This document shows, in pieces, positions 1 to 9,876 of a stretch of DNA of 64,000 nt. The position numbers and the translations under genes were made by a program. This DNA comes from an uncultured delta proteobacterium (GTDB taxonomy: Bacteria; Desulfobacterota; Binatia; Binatales; Binataceae): contig CAWCDG010000004.1 of NCBI GenBank assembly GCA_963794325.1, positions 256,001-320,000 of the forward strand. Direction: 5' to 3'. How positions within the stretch are numbered: position 1 is the stretch's first letter; each line of letters starts with the position of its first letter. Under the pieces are notes generated by a model. That model had not been told where the DNA came from. It saw nothing but the letters and a program-made list of their open reading frames with translations, and made no database searches.

Positions 1-11
1 AAAAACGGCCG

Positions 12-341
12 CTATCCGATCGGCGTCATGTGCCCCGACAGGTACGCAAACAGCAGGATTAGCGACACCATCAGCACCGTCGCGATCATCAGCGGGAAGA
101 CGAACACTCCCGTCAGCAGCCAGCCGTCGTACTTCAGATGCATGTAGAACATCGCGACCAGCGCGAACTTGGCCGCCGCCAGCACGATCAACACCGGCAC
201 CAGCACGGGCCGGAGCGCATGCACATAGAAGACGGTGATCTCCATCGCCGTCAGGACGACCAGGAACACCGCGATGATGAGATAGGTGGCGGAACCGGGA
301 TGATGAACCTGCGCGCTGTGGGTGTCTGCTATGTCGCTCAT
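12..341 (-). CDS. ctaF: cytochrome c oxidase subunit IV (caa3-type, CtaF-like)
   Basis: Small 3-TM protein with KFALVAMFYMHLKYD. The ATG at 341 overlaps the stop of the subunit I/III gene (ATGA). Confidence 0.85.
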   Translation of the reverse strand: MSDIADTHSAQVHHPGSATYLIIAVFLVVLTAMEITVFYVHALRPVLVPVLIVLAAAKFALVAMFYMHLKYDGWLLTGVFVFPLMIATVLMVSLILLFAYLSGHMTPIG

Positions 342-2806
342 GCTCCGGGCACCGCCTGCATCAGATAGACGAGGGTAAAAATTATGATCCACACGACATC
401 GACGAAATGCCAATAGAGTCCCGCGAGCTCGACCGACAGCGCGCGCGACTGCCCGAGCTTATCCGTCATCGCGGCGACCAGCAGCACCGACAGCCACAGC
501 ACCCCGATTGCAACGTGCGCGCCGTGAAATCCAACCAGCACAAAGAACGACTGCGAGAACAGGTTGGTCGTCAGCCCCATGCCTTCGTGATAGAAGCTGG
601 TGAATTCGTAAACTTGCCCGCACAGAAAAATCAGCCCGAACAGAACCGTGCCGCCGAGCCAGATTCGCTCCCATCGTTTGTCGCCGCGCTGCGTGGCCGC
701 GAGCGCCAGCACCATCAGCAACGAACTCATCAGCAAGATGAAGGTGCTGAACGAGGTCAGCGGGATGTTGAGGATTTCGGGTCCAGGTCCGGTGACACTG
801 CGCGATTTGTAAATGATGAACGTCGAGATCAGGCTCGCGAAGAACACGCATTCCGAGCCGATGAAAGACCAGACGCCGATCTTGCGCACGTCGATCCCGC
901 CCGACGACGGCGCATGCTCCGGATCGTGCGACTCCTGGCCGAAGTTCGCGTACTCGAATCCCATCCCAATGATCGACATGACGACGACCGCCACGCCTAT
1001 AAGAACGATGCGATACCAGTCGATGATGAGCCCGAGCCCCATCATGCCGACACCGAGACTGATCACCAGCGGAAAGATCGAAGGCTCCGGCATGTGAATG
1101 TCCGTGGCCGGCGGAGTCGGCTGCGGTTGCGACGGCGCCTGACCTGACATGTATGCAGCGACGCCGCGCGAACCGGCGCGCCCGTATTTCAGAATCCACC
1201 ACGCGTCGCGTCCGCGGATCTGAGGAAGCGTCGCAAAGTTGTATGCCGGCGGCGGCGACGGCGTGGACCATTCCAGGCTGCGTCCGTCCCACGGATCAGC
1301 AGGCGCGCGTTCCCCGCTCGCGAGGCTCCAGAAAATGTTGATGTAGAAAAGCAGGAAGGCGATGCCGAGAATGAACGCGCCAACCGTCTCGAGCTGATTG
1401 AGATGGGTCCAGCCCATGTCGGCGCCGTAGGTGTAGGTGCGACGCGGCATCCCCCACATCCCAAGAAAGTGCATCGGGAAAAACGTCAGGTTGAATCCGA
1501 CGACCGTCAGCCAGAAATGCCACTTGCCAATCCGCTCGCCCAGCATGCGGCCGCTGATCTTCGGCCACCAGTAGTAAAACGCCGCGAGGATCGCGAACAT
1601 CGTGCCGCCGAACAGTACGTAGTGAAAATGTGCGACGACGAAGTACGAATCGGTCTGCTGAAGATCGAGCGGCGCCGACGCGTGCATGATTCCGCTGAGT
1701 CCGCCGATGGTGAATTCGAGCACCATCCCAAGCGCGAAGTAGAATGCGGTCGTCATGCGCAGCGAGCCGCCCCAGACCGTCGCGATCCAACTGAAGATTT
1801 TTACGCCAGTGGGAATCGCTATCAGCATCGAGGTGATCGCGAACGCCGAGTCCGCAACCGGGCCCATGCCGGTCGCGAACATGTGATGTCCCCACACTCC
1901 GTACGACAGGAATGCGATCAGGCAAATCGAATACGCCATCATCGGATAGCCGAACAGCGGCTTGCGCGAAAACGTCGGTACGACTTCCGAAATGATCCCG
2001 AAGGCCGGTAGCGCCATTATGTACACCTCGGGGTGTCCAAACAGCCAGAATAAGTGCTGCCACAGAATCGGCGTCGCGCCCGCGGATGCGATGTAGAAGT
2101 GGGTATCGAAGAAACGATCGAAGAGCAGAAAGATCAGACCGATCGTGAGCGGTGGAAACGCGATCAGGATCAGGATCGACGTTACCAGCATCGACCACAT
2201 AAACATCGGCATGCGCATATACGTCATGCCGGGCGCGCGCATCGCGATGATCGTCGTCAGGAAATTCAGGCCGGTGAGGACCGTCGAACTTCCCGACACC
2301 AGCAGCCCGACCACCCACCAGTCGATCGCGAGACCCGGCGTGAAGTACCGCTCGGTGAGGTTCGCGTAACCGAACCATCCCGCGTCGGGGAGTCCGCCGC
2401 GAATCCAGCCGAGATGCAGCAGGATGCCCGCGATCAGCGCCATCCAGAAGCTCAACGCATTGAGCCGCGGAAACGCAACATCGCGCGCGCCGATCTGTAG
2501 AGGGATCAAAAAGTTGCCGAGAAATCCGAGCAGCAGCGGCATAACGACCAGGAAGATCATGGTCGTTCCATGCATCGTGAAAAACGCGTTGTAGGTCGCC
2601 GCCGACAGCACGTGATTGTCGGGGGACCACAGCTGTACGCGAATCGCCATCGCTTCGAGTCCGCCGAACGCCATGAAGAACAGCGCACTGGCGAGATACA
2701 TGACGGCAACGCGTTTGTGATCGATCGTCGTCAGCCATCCGATGACGCCGCCGCCTTCGAGGTAGCTCGGCTGATGCACTGGCAAAGGTTTCGGTTGCGC
2801 AGCCAT
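338..2806 (-). CDS. ctaD: cytochrome c oxidase subunit I fused to subunit III (A1-type)
   Basis: Subunit I motifs TMHGTTMIF, WLFGHPEVY, VWGHHMF, VAHFHYV; C-terminal subunit III motifs FIGSECVFF, GFHGAHV, YWHFVDVVW; 822 aa. Confidence 0.95.
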   Translation of the reverse strand: MAAQPKPLPVHQPSYLEGGGVIGWLTTIDHKRVAVMYLASALFFMAFGGLEAMAIRVQLWSPDNHVLSAATYNAFFTMHGTTMIFLVVMPLLLGFLGNFLIPLQIGARDVAFPRLNALSFWMALIAGILLHLGWIRGGLPDAGWFGYANLTERYFTPGLAIDWWVVGLLVSGSSTVLTGLNFLTTIIAMRAPGMTYMRMPMFMWSMLVTSILILIAFPPLTIGLIFLLFDRFFDTHFYIASAGATPILWQHLFWLFGHPEVYIMALPAFGIISEVVPTFSRKPLFGYPMMAYSICLIAFLSYGVWGHHMFATGMGPVADSAFAITSMLIAIPTGVKIFSWIATVWGGSLRMTTAFYFALGMVLEFTIGGLSGIMHASAPLDLQQTDSYFVVAHFHYVLFGGTMFAILAAFYYWWPKISGRMLGERIGKWHFWLTVVGFNLTFFPMHFLGMWGMPRRTYTYGADMGWTHLNQLETVGAFILGIAFLLFYINIFWSLASGERAPADPWDGRSLEWSTPSPPPAYNFATLPQIRGRDAWWILKYGRAGSRGVAAYMSGQAPSQPQPTPPATDIHMPEPSIFPLVISLGVGMMGLGLIIDWYRIVLIGVAVVVMSIIGMGFEYANFGQESHDPEHAPSSGGIDVRKIGVWSFIGSECVFFASLISTFIIYKSRSVTGPGPEILNIPLTSFSTFILLMSSLLMVLALAATQRGDKRWERIWLGGTVLFGLIFLCGQVYEFTSFYHEGMGLTTNLFSQSFFVLVGFHGAHVAIGVLWLSVLLVAAMTDKLGQSRALSVELAGLYWHFVDVVWIIIFTLVYLMQAVPGA

Positions 2807-2816
2807 TCGACGCTCC

Positions 2817-3845
2817 CTATTTCAGACTCTCTAGATATGCGACCAGCGCGACCAGCTCCGGCCCCGGCAGCAGCAGCGGCGGCATGTTCGCGCCCGGTTT
2901 GATTTCATCCGGATTCTCGATCCACTTCGCGACGTTCTCCGGCGTGTTCTTCAGCACCCCTGCGGCCAGGGTCGTGCGGCTGCCAAAATGGGTCAGGTCA
3001 GGTCCTATGTATCCCTTCGAGATTCCCTTGATCGTGTGGCAGGTCGTGCACGGACTGTCGGCAAAAACTTTCGCACCGTCCGACGCCAACTGATCGCTCG
3101 CCGGAGTCGCGACCGGCCCGGCAAGCTGCTCCTCGTCCCACTTCGCAAAAGCCTCCGGCGAATCGACGAACGTTCGAAACCGCATGTTCGCATGCGACAA
3201 TCCGCAGAACTCCGCGCATTGTCCCGGATACATTCCCGGCACCGTCGCGACGAAGGTCAGTTCATTGATTTGGCCGGGCACCACGTCGCGCTTGCCGCCG
3301 AGTTGCGGCACCCAAAAGCTATGTATGATGTCGGCGGACTCCAGCGACAGGCGAATCGGCCGGTTCAGGGGAATATGCAGTTCGTTGCTGGCCTTCGCGC
3401 CGTCGGGATAGTCGAACTCCCACCACCATTGATGCGCGACCACTTTGATCAGGAGCGCGCCTTTCGGTGCGACCGCCGGCTGCGAACGAAAGATCGTGCG
3501 TATGGTCGGCACCGATATCATCAACAAAACCAGCGTGGGGCCGAGCGTCCATGCGATTTCGAGTCCGAGGTCGGACGACGCGGTCGAAGCCGGGGCCGCT
3601 TCACCGACTCGGGAAGAGAAGAAGAACACCGCCAGGATGAACGAGCCAACCACGATCGCGAAAATGATCGCGTCCCAGATTGTTACCTGGATGTAGAGAC
3701 TCTGAATCCACTGCGCGAGGTCAGACTTCGGCGCGAGCGTGGTCATCGGCCGGTCCTTGTCTGAGCATCCCGCAATAGTCAGTGCAATAGCCACTCGCAT
3801 AGCTACTGAGGCGGCCGAATACCAGTTTGAACAGCGTCTGATCAT
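2817..3845 (-). CDS. ctaC: cytochrome c oxidase subunit II with CuA site and C-terminal cytochrome c
   Basis: HQWWWEF, DIIHSFWVP, CAEFCGLSHANM (CuA), CTTCH heme motif, lipobox-like TIAGC. Confidence 0.95.
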   Translation of the reverse strand: MIRRCSNWYSAASVAMRVAIALTIAGCSDKDRPMTTLAPKSDLAQWIQSLYIQVTIWDAIIFAIVVGSFILAVFFFSSRVGEAAPASTASSDLGLEIAWTLGPTLVLLMISVPTIRTIFRSQPAVAPKGALLIKVVAHQWWWEFDYPDGAKASNELHIPLNRPIRLSLESADIIHSFWVPQLGGKRDVVPGQINELTFVATVPGMYPGQCAEFCGLSHANMRFRTFVDSPEAFAKWDEEQLAGPVATPASDQLASDGAKVFADSPCTTCHTIKGISKGYIGPDLTHFGSRTTLAAGVLKNTPENVAKWIENPDEIKPGANMPPLLLPGPELVALVAYLESLK

Positions 3846-5062
3846 TCGGCGTCATCTCCAAATGGTTCGCCGGAGGTCGCGGCCCGCGCGACGCGGTTGA
3901 GTCCCGGCACTGCCGAAATAAGAAATGCGCCGAGAAAACCGATCGAGATCAGAAACTGCGTCGGCCCAAACGGAATCGCGTCGAGCGAAAGCGAAGGAAC
4001 CACCAGCACATACCGCTCGAGCCACATCCCGACCAGCCCCAAAGCCGACACCGTGCCCAGAATCATCGGCGTCTTTTTGGTGCGTACGCTCATCAGCACG
4101 ATGAACGGGATCATCCAGATCAATACCAGGCACGCGCTCGATAGCGGCGACCACGGCATGTGATGTACCCGCTGAACAATGAAAAAAGTTTCGACCGGCA
4201 AGTCGCCGTACCAGATCACGATATACTGAGAGAACAGCAGGTAAATCCAGAAAACAGAGAATGCGAAGACCATCTTGCCGTAGTCGTGCATGACGGTGGG
4301 ATTAGTGAACAGGTTATGCTGGCCGAGGCGGCCGCGCAGCACGCTGGCTACCAGAGCCATCGCGCACAATCCGCTCCAGAAGGCGCCGGCGAAGAAATAC
4401 CAGCCGAATAGCGTGCTGCGCCAAACCGGCGCGAGCGACATGACCAGATCGAACGAGATCAGCGTGTAGACGACGGCGAACATCACCGCGACCAGCGGCG
4501 CGAGGACCCGTATCGAATGCGGCGGCAGCTCGATCGCGTCGGTCTCGATCGACCAGGCCCGCGCGTCCTCACGACGCGAGACGCGGATAAACGCGAAGCT
4601 CGCAGCGGCCATCACACCGAGCCCGATTCCATCGCGTGCAAACAGAAACGGTATGTTCAACCACGCGGCCTTTTGCGGGATCGGATGCGTTACCCATGGA
4701 AAGATTAACGCGCGGCCGAAATACAATCCGAAAAACAGAAAGAAGCCCACCCACAGGAACGGCGCGAACGCCTCGCCCAGCCGATACGGCGTCGAGCCGC
4801 CCCACTTCGCCTGCGTCAGGTAGAACGCCGCGGACGCGACCAGCGCACCCTGCGCGACGCCAAGGAAAAACAGCAGATTGACGAGATAGGCCTCCCACGC
4901 TAGCGCGGCGCTGCCTCGCATCAACGCAAACACGAACGCGATCGCACCGAGCGCAATCATCACAGCTCCAACCACCTGCATTGTCGCGCCGGCTATCGAC
5001 TCGACTGCTTGCGGCTTCGACGCCGCGCGCTCCCGATGCGCCTGTTGTAGGTTGGTGCTCAT
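3842..5062 (-). CDS. actF: alternative complex III membrane subunit ActF
   Basis: Polytopic NrfD-like protein with DLVMSLAPVWRSTLFG, HDYGKMVFAF and SQYIVIWYGDLPVE; lies in the act operon. Confidence 0.88.
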   Translation of the reverse strand: MSTNLQQAHRERAASKPQAVESIAGATMQVVGAVMIALGAIAFVFALMRGSAALAWEAYLVNLLFFLGVAQGALVASAAFYLTQAKWGGSTPYRLGEAFAPFLWVGFFLFFGLYFGRALIFPWVTHPIPQKAAWLNIPFLFARDGIGLGVMAAASFAFIRVSRREDARAWSIETDAIELPPHSIRVLAPLVAVMFAVVYTLISFDLVMSLAPVWRSTLFGWYFFAGAFWSGLCAMALVASVLRGRLGQHNLFTNPTVMHDYGKMVFAFSVFWIYLLFSQYIVIWYGDLPVETFFIVQRVHHMPWSPLSSACLVLIWMIPFIVLMSVRTKKTPMILGTVSALGLVGMWLERYVLVVPSLSLDAIPFGPTQFLISIGFLGAFLISAVPGLNRVARAATSGEPFGDDAE

Positions 5063-5071
5063 CGTCGTTTA

Positions 5072-5581
5072 CTAAACGCCCTCGCGAACGACCTCTTCCG
5101 CGCCCGACTCCTTCATCATCGACTCGACGTGCGCCGCTTCCGCCTCGTCGCATCGAACAACGATTCCAAATCGATCTTCGCCGAAGCGCCCGTCGTATCC
5201 CGGGGCAGTCTCGGTCGCGGGAATGCCTGCCAGGCCCAGCACGCCGACGAATCCGAAGATTCCCCCGAGCAGCACCATCAACTCGAAACAAATTACGATG
5301 AACGGCGGCCATGACAGGAGCGGCTTGCCGCCCGCGTTGAGGCGCCATTCGTAAGTCGTCCCGATCGTAACCGCGAGCCCGGTGAGAACGCCGGAGATTC
5401 CGCCGGTGAGCACGATCCATCGCACCGGACTCTTCTTGCGTCCGATTGCATGCTCGATTCGATGACTCGGGATCGGCGAGAACGTATTGAACTCTCCGAC
5501 CTTCGCCGCGCGAAGCTCTTCAATTGCGTGCGCGCATTGAGCGTCATCGGCAAACGAACTTATGATCGCAATCGTGCTCAT
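5072..5581 (-). CDS. actD: alternative complex III subunit ActD (DUF3341)
   Basis: FSPIPSH, GGKPLLSWPPFIVICFELMVL. The ATG at 5581 overlaps the actC stop. Confidence 0.88.
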   Translation of the reverse strand: MSTIAIISSFADDAQCAHAIEELRAAKVGEFNTFSPIPSHRIEHAIGRKKSPVRWIVLTGGISGVLTGLAVTIGTTYEWRLNAGGKPLLSWPPFIVICFELMVLLGGIFGFVGVLGLAGIPATETAPGYDGRFGEDRFGIVVRCDEAEAAHVESMMKESGAEEVVREGV

Positions 5582-6936
5582 GCGGCCTTGGCCCGATCCA
5601 TCTTCAAAGCCTTGCGCAGCCAGACGATTCCCTCTTTTAGTTCGGTCATCGAGATGATCGGCAGGAACCTCGAGAACAAAGAGAACAATCCCACGAACCA
5701 CGCGAAGCTGCCGACGGTGATCATGATTTCAGTTAGCGACGGATGGTACGGCCCCCACTGCGAAGGTTCGAAGTTCACCCTCAGCGAGCCCGCGATGATA
5801 ACAAAGCGCTCGAGCCACATGCCTATATTTATGAAAATTGAAATTATCCAGAGCGCGGTGAGGTTAACCCGGATGCGCGGAGAGAACAGCAGCAACGGAA
5901 TCAGGCAGTTGCACGAAACCATGGTCCAGAACAGCGGGCCCCATGGTCCGAAGTAGCGCATGTGAAACGTCATTTGCTCGATCGGATCGCCCGCATACCA
6001 GGTCATGAAACTTTCAGTCACGTACGAGTACGATACGACCAGCGAGGTCAGCAGGATGACCTTGGCGAGATTGTCGAAATGCCACTCGGTCAGTAGGTCC
6101 TCGATGCCCAGCAGCCTGCGCATCGGGACTAACAGCGTGATGACCATTGCGACCCCGGAAAAGATGGCGCCGGCGACGAAGTACGGCGCAAAGAGCGTAC
6201 TGTGCCAGCCGGGCAGTTGCGCCATCGCGAAGTCCCACGACACCACTGAATGGACCGACAGCACCAGCGGAGTAGCTAATCCCGCCATTAGCAAGTAAGC
6301 CATTGAGTAATGGCGCCACTGGCGATCGGTGCCCTGCCATCCCATCGCCAGGGCCGCGTAAAACTTCTTGCGCCAGCCAGTCGCGGACTCGCGCGCGTTC
6401 GCGATATCGGGAATCAGCCCCATCGTCCAGAACAGCGAGCTGATAGTCAGATAGGTACTAACTGCGAAAGCGTCCCATACCAGTGGTGAGCGGAAGTCGG
6501 GTTGCAGCGATCTCTCATTTGGATACGGCAATAGCCAGTAGAAAAACCACACGCGCCCAAGATGTATTAGTGGGAACAGTCCCGCAGTAGCTACTGCGAA
6601 TATAGTCATTGTCTCGGCGGCGCGATAAACCGCGGTACGCCACTTGGTGCGAAACAGAAATAGAATCGCGGAGATCAACGTTCCGGAGTGCGCGATACCG
6701 ACCCAGAAAACGAAGTTGGTAATGTAAATCGCCCACATAACGGGCTGGCGCAGACCAGTCACGCCCAATCCCGAATAGATTTGATGGGCCCAGAAGCCGG
6801 CCCCGATTCCCACCAGCGTGAAGCAGAATCCGATCCACGCCCAGTACGCGAGGCCCGCCGGTTCCATCACGCGCAGTACGCTGCGATCGACGTCGCGGTA
6901 GCTGGGCTCGGTATTTATTTTCGGCGCCGCTGCCAC
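5578..6936 (-). CDS. actC: alternative complex III quinol-binding subunit ActC (NrfD/PsrC family)
   Basis: ITNFVFWVGIAHSGTLISAIL, HLGRVW, SPLVWD, VLSVHSVVSWDFA, GMWLERFVI. Confidence 0.93.
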   Translation of the reverse strand: MAAAPKINTEPSYRDVDRSVLRVMEPAGLAYWAWIGFCFTLVGIGAGFWAHQIYSGLGVTGLRQPVMWAIYITNFVFWVGIAHSGTLISAILFLFRTKWRTAVYRAAETMTIFAVATAGLFPLIHLGRVWFFYWLLPYPNERSLQPDFRSPLVWDAFAVSTYLTISSLFWTMGLIPDIANARESATGWRKKFYAALAMGWQGTDRQWRHYSMAYLLMAGLATPLVLSVHSVVSWDFAMAQLPGWHSTLFAPYFVAGAIFSGVAMVITLLVPMRRLLGIEDLLTEWHFDNLAKVILLTSLVVSYSYVTESFMTWYAGDPIEQMTFHMRYFGPWGPLFWTMVSCNCLIPLLLFSPRIRVNLTALWIISIFINIGMWLERFVIIAGSLRVNFEPSQWGPYHPSLTEIMITVGSFAWFVGLFSLFSRFLPIISMTELKEGIVWLRKALKMDRAKAA

Positions 6937-9876
6937 TTACGCCTTCCCTTTCTCGCGATATAGATCGCGCAGATACGTGATTGCCGGTTGCGTGTTGAGT
7001 TCCTCGAGCGCGCGATAGTTGCGAATCTTGTTGTCGTCGCGCCGGCGCATCATCGCGCTCGCGGGATCGTTGCTGTCGCCGAAGGTGATCGCCCGCGTCG
7101 GACACGCCTGCTGGCACGCCGTGACGATCTCGCCATCGCGCAGCTGGCGATCTTCAGTCTTCGCGTTCAGCTCGGCGAACTGGATTCGCTGCACGCAGAA
7201 CGTGCATTTCTCCATCACGCCGGCTCCGCGCACCGTGACGTCGGGATTGAGTTGCAGATTCAGCGGCGCCGGCCACTCCGGCACGAACCAGTTGAATCGA
7301 CGAACTTTGTACGGACAGTTATTTTCGCAATAGCGCGTCCCGACACATCGATTGTAGATTTGACCGTTCAGCCCTTCTTCGGTGTGATACGACGCGAACA
7401 CCGGACAGACCGGCTCGCACGGGGCGTGATCGCATTGCTGGCAAAGCATCGGCGCCAGATAGAGTAGCGGCGCCTCGGCGACTTCCTTTTCATTCGGAAA
7501 GTAACGCTCGATGCGAATCCACGACATGATTCTGCCATTATCGACGCCCTGCTTGCCGACCCACGGAACATTATTTTCCGCATAGCACGCCGTCACGCAC
7601 GCGCTGCAACCAGTGCACGCATTGACGTCGATCGTCATGCCCCACTTGTGCCCCGGGTATTTCCAGGGCTCGTACATTTCGAACGGCCCGGTGACTTCTT
7701 CCGCCTCGCTCTTCGGCACGACACCGCTGGCGAGCTGCTCGATACTCATCGCCTCGACGATCGAGCGGTGCATCATGTCCCCGTTGCCCAATGGAGTAAC
7801 CAGCGCGCGAGTGTCGCCGGTCGCGCGCGCGGTCGCAGCAGCGTAGGTCGCACCCGCCGCCAGTATCGCCCACGGATTTGCGCCAACGTCAATTGCATAG
7901 CGTCCGTACGCGCGATGCCCCTGCCCAATCGGCACCGCGATCACGCCGGGACGCACGGTGCTCTCAATCAATACCGGCGCCTCGATCGCGCCATGCTCCG
8001 TCTTGATCTGGATAATGTCGTCCTTCGCGACACCCAGCTTGCGCGCCGTCTCGGGATGAATCTCCGCCCAGCTGTCCCACACGATCTGCGTCACCGGCTC
8101 GGGCAGCTCCTGCAGCCACGGCTTGTCCGCGCCGCGACCGTCGTAAAGAAAAATGTGCGGATACGCATGAACTGAAAGTTCCATCTGCGCCGCCGCGGGG
8201 ACGGCCGCCGTGAACGGAGACGTATCGAGCTTGAGCGCGGACAGATGTTGCTCTTCGAACAATCCGCCTTCGCGCCGGGCGGTTGTCCAGAAATCTTCAG
8301 AATTCGCGGGATCTGCTTTGGGAGCCAGCGCGAGCCATTCAGTCTTGACCGCGTCGGCCGTAGTCTGCCAGGGAAGTTTCGTGCTCGACGATTTCGCGGC
8401 GACTGTCAGCAGGATGTCACCGACCGGCTTGCTGTTGAACACCGGCTGCATCACTGGCTGCCCGAGTCCTCGAATCCCCGCGCGCGGCGCGGTGTCGCGC
8501 CACGATTCGAGCGGGTGATGCGCCGGCAGCAGCAGACTCGCCATCGCCGCGGTTTCATCCTGCACGCCGCCCGCCCACACCACGAACGGAACTTTTTGGA
8601 GCGCCTCGGCGATTCGCGCCGACGGCGGCATCGTGAAGGCAGGATTTGCGCCCGTCATAAACACCACGTCGATCTCGCCGCCGCGCATCGCGTCAACCAT
8701 CGCGTCAACTTCGTCTGGCGTGCTGGTCTCTTCGCCCGGCGAGTCTTCGAAGAACATTATCGTCTTGCCGAAATTGCCGGTGACCGAATTGAGGATCATC
8801 GCCGCAAGATGCGCCGACGAATCGTCGGTGCCTGCGATCGCGAGTGCGCCGTCTGCCTTGCCGAACGCCTCGCCCAGCCGCGCGATCGTCGCGGCCGGCA
8901 CGCCGGTGCGCGCACTGGTCGCGGCCGGATCGAAATTCTCGACCGCCTTGCTCAGCGCCGCGAGATCGAAGCCCGAATTCGCCGAGACCTTTCCATTCTT
9001 GACCAGCACGTTGAGCACGCTCCATGCAACGTCGGCCTGCGCTCCTGGAGCCGTCGCGATCCATTCGTCGCACTTCGACGCCGTCATGCTGAGCCGCGGC
9101 CCGACGTAGGTCGAGCGTCCGATGGTCAGCGCACCGCGCCTCTTCTGCGGTGTCCGGAATTGCGAATATTGACGCGCGAGCTCCACCGGCGACTGCCACG
9201 TCTCGAGAAAGTCGGCGCCAAACGAAATCAGCACTTCGGCCTGATCGATTCGATACGCCGGCAGATCGCGCCGGCCGAACAACGTCTTGGCCGCAACCCG
9301 CACCGGTTCATGGTTGATAGCTTCGTAGAATATCGCGCGCGAAGAATTATGCGCGCCGACAAAGGCAGCCGCGATTTTTCCGAAGGTCGGCCCTTGAGGT
9401 GCCCCGAAAAATGCGACGCGATTCTTGCCTGCCTTCGACGCCGCGCCCAGCCGATCTTCGAGCACCTTTTCAGCTTCGTCCCACGACACTTTCCGCAACG
9501 CGCCGTCAGCGCCGCGGACTTGCGGATGCGCCAGACGGTCCGGATTGTACAAGCCTTGCAGCGCCGCCTGCCCGCGCGCACATAGAGCGCCCTGCCCGAT
9601 CGGATCCGCGGGATTTCCCTCGAGCTTGATCACCCGCCCTTCGCGGATTCGCGCGACCACGCCGCATCCCGCCGGACACTCCGAGCAGGTCGTTGCAAAA
9701 AAACTCGGCACGCCCGGCACGACGTTCTCGTCCGGCACCACGTACGGGATCAACTTGCGCGCCGCCGGCTCGCAGCCGGGAATCGCCGCCGCCGCGCCCG
9801 CCGTCGCGGCCAGCTTGATAAACGATCTCCGGGATATCGACGTTCCCTCGCGCTTGGGTTTTTTCACTTTCCTCAC
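6937..9876 (-). CDS. actB: alternative complex III subunit ActB (molybdopterin-oxidoreductase-like domain plus Fe-S domain)
   Basis: Tat motif SRRSFIK; WLQELPEPVTQIVWD; C-terminal Fe-S motifs CTGCSACVTAC, CQQCDHAPCEPVCP, CVGTRYCENNCP, EKCTFC. Confidence 0.93.
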   Translation of the reverse strand: MRKVKKPKREGTSISRRSFIKLAATAGAAAAIPGCEPAARKLIPYVVPDENVVPGVPSFFATTCSECPAGCGVVARIREGRVIKLEGNPADPIGQGALCARGQAALQGLYNPDRLAHPQVRGADGALRKVSWDEAEKVLEDRLGAASKAGKNRVAFFGAPQGPTFGKIAAAFVGAHNSSRAIFYEAINHEPVRVAAKTLFGRRDLPAYRIDQAEVLISFGADFLETWQSPVELARQYSQFRTPQKRRGALTIGRSTYVGPRLSMTASKCDEWIATAPGAQADVAWSVLNVLVKNGKVSANSGFDLAALSKAVENFDPAATSARTGVPAATIARLGEAFGKADGALAIAGTDDSSAHLAAMILNSVTGNFGKTIMFFEDSPGEETSTPDEVDAMVDAMRGGEIDVVFMTGANPAFTMPPSARIAEALQKVPFVVWAGGVQDETAAMASLLLPAHHPLESWRDTAPRAGIRGLGQPVMQPVFNSKPVGDILLTVAAKSSSTKLPWQTTADAVKTEWLALAPKADPANSEDFWTTARREGGLFEEQHLSALKLDTSPFTAAVPAAAQMELSVHAYPHIFLYDGRGADKPWLQELPEPVTQIVWDSWAEIHPETARKLGVAKDDIIQIKTEHGAIEAPVLIESTVRPGVIAVPIGQGHRAYGRYAIDVGANPWAILAAGATYAAATARATGDTRALVTPLGNGDMMHRSIVEAMSIEQLASGVVPKSEAEEVTGPFEMYEPWKYPGHKWGMTIDVNACTGCSACVTACYAENNVPWVGKQGVDNGRIMSWIRIERYFPNEKEVAEAPLLYLAPMLCQQCDHAPCEPVCPVFASYHTEEGLNGQIYNRCVGTRYCENNCPYKVRRFNWFVPEWPAPLNLQLNPDVTVRGAGVMEKCTFCVQRIQFAELNAKTEDRQLRDGEIVTACQQACPTRAITFGDSNDPASAMMRRRDDNKIRNYRALEELNTQPAITYLRDLYREKGKA

